Assembly: GCA_017546245.1 (NCBI GenBank)
Contig: JAFYXI010000034.1
Span: forward strand, 929 to 64,928
Reading direction: 5' to 3'
DNA length: 64,000 nt
DNA from: Clostridia bacterium
GTDB lineage: Bacteria > Bacillota > Clostridia > UBA1381 > UBA9506
Shown here: positions 63,650 to 64,000 of the stretch, in pieces
Layout of the letters: the number at the start of each line of letters is the position of its first letter
How positions within the stretch are numbered: the first letter of the stretch is position 1
Program-made: the position numbers and the translations under genes
Notes under the pieces: generated by a model
Seen by the model: the letters and a program-made list of their open reading frames with translations, nothing else
What the model was told of the DNA's origin: nothing
The model's database searches: none

Positions 63650-64000
63650 TTATTTAATTAAGTTTTCAACAGCATTAGCTGCTGCATCAATATAATCTGC
63701 TTTAAAATCTTCAATATTGCCCGAATCGCAGGCGGATGCTAAAGCAGGGTCAATCGGAATGCGAGAAAGAAGCGGCAGATGATGTTCTTTAGCAATATCT
63801 TCAATATGGCTGTCGCCGAACACTTTAATTTCTTTACCGCAGTCGGGGCATTTTAAATAACTCATATTTTCAACCAAGCCTAAAATAGGAATGTTCATCA
63901 TTTTTGCCATTTTAACTGCCTTTTCAACAATCATTGATACCAGTTCCTGAGGGGAGGCGACAATAATTATTCCGTCAACAGGAAGTGACTGAAATACTGT
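63650..64000 (-). CDS. Mrp/NBP35 (ApbC)-family iron-sulfur cluster carrier ATPase, C-terminal part (5' end beyond the window)
   Basis: ...VDGIIIVASPQELVSMIVEKAVKMAKMMNIPILGLVENMSYLKCPDCGKEIKVFG... is a typical Mrp family C-terminal block with a CxxC. Confidence 0.8.
   Translation of the reverse strand, partial: TVFQSLPVDGIIIVASPQELVSMIVEKAVKMAKMMNIPILGLVENMSYLKCPDCGKEIKVFGDSHIEDIAKEHHLPLLSRIPIDPALASACDSGNIEDFKADYIDAAANAVENLIK

Overview
The window looks like chromosome from a low-GC, spore-forming Clostridia-type Firmicute. All calls come from reading the ORF translations and the DNA by eye; no database search was run. Conserved sporulation and housekeeping genes frame the window: sigF-spoIIAB-spoIIAA, cwlD, rpmE, secG, rnr, an alpha/beta SASP, yunB, tepA, fhs, rubrerythrin, pncB, murD, three M42 peptidases, pdaA and spoIVB.

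Two accessory blocks sit between them.
- 6.6-31.8 kb is a roughly 25 kb cell-envelope island. It holds a five-gene plus-strand operon of SLH, parallel beta-helix and LamG-like exoproteins. Three giant minus-strand exoproteins follow (two are paralogues with an N-terminal Cys-Cys motif and PPC-like repeats; the third is an NlpC/P60 protein), together with a small XRE regulator. A roughly 60-70 aa module recurs in five of the eight island exoproteins and forms the extreme C-terminus in four of them.
- 56.0-63.4 kb lies downstream of spoIVB. It holds two stacked modules, each an AraC regulator plus an FAD-dependent oxidoreductase. Each module ends in the same 21-nt palindrome followed by a displaced copy of the spoIVB 3' end. 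This looks like serial, integrase-less cassette insertion that regenerates the target gene. Two decayed genes follow.

The most striking non-coding signal is at 37.8-38.3 kb. It is a tandem pair of roughly 205-215 nt promoter-to-terminator units with identical terminators, conserved boxes and long-range helices that differ in sequence but stay complementary. I read these as an unclassified structured ncRNA pair.

A roughly 145-bp MITE/REP-like element with a cloverleaf core occurs twice, in opposite orientation, at 21.1 kb and 63.5 kb. Both copies lie between convergent genes. I found no rRNA or tRNA gene, CRISPR array, transposase, integrase or phage module.
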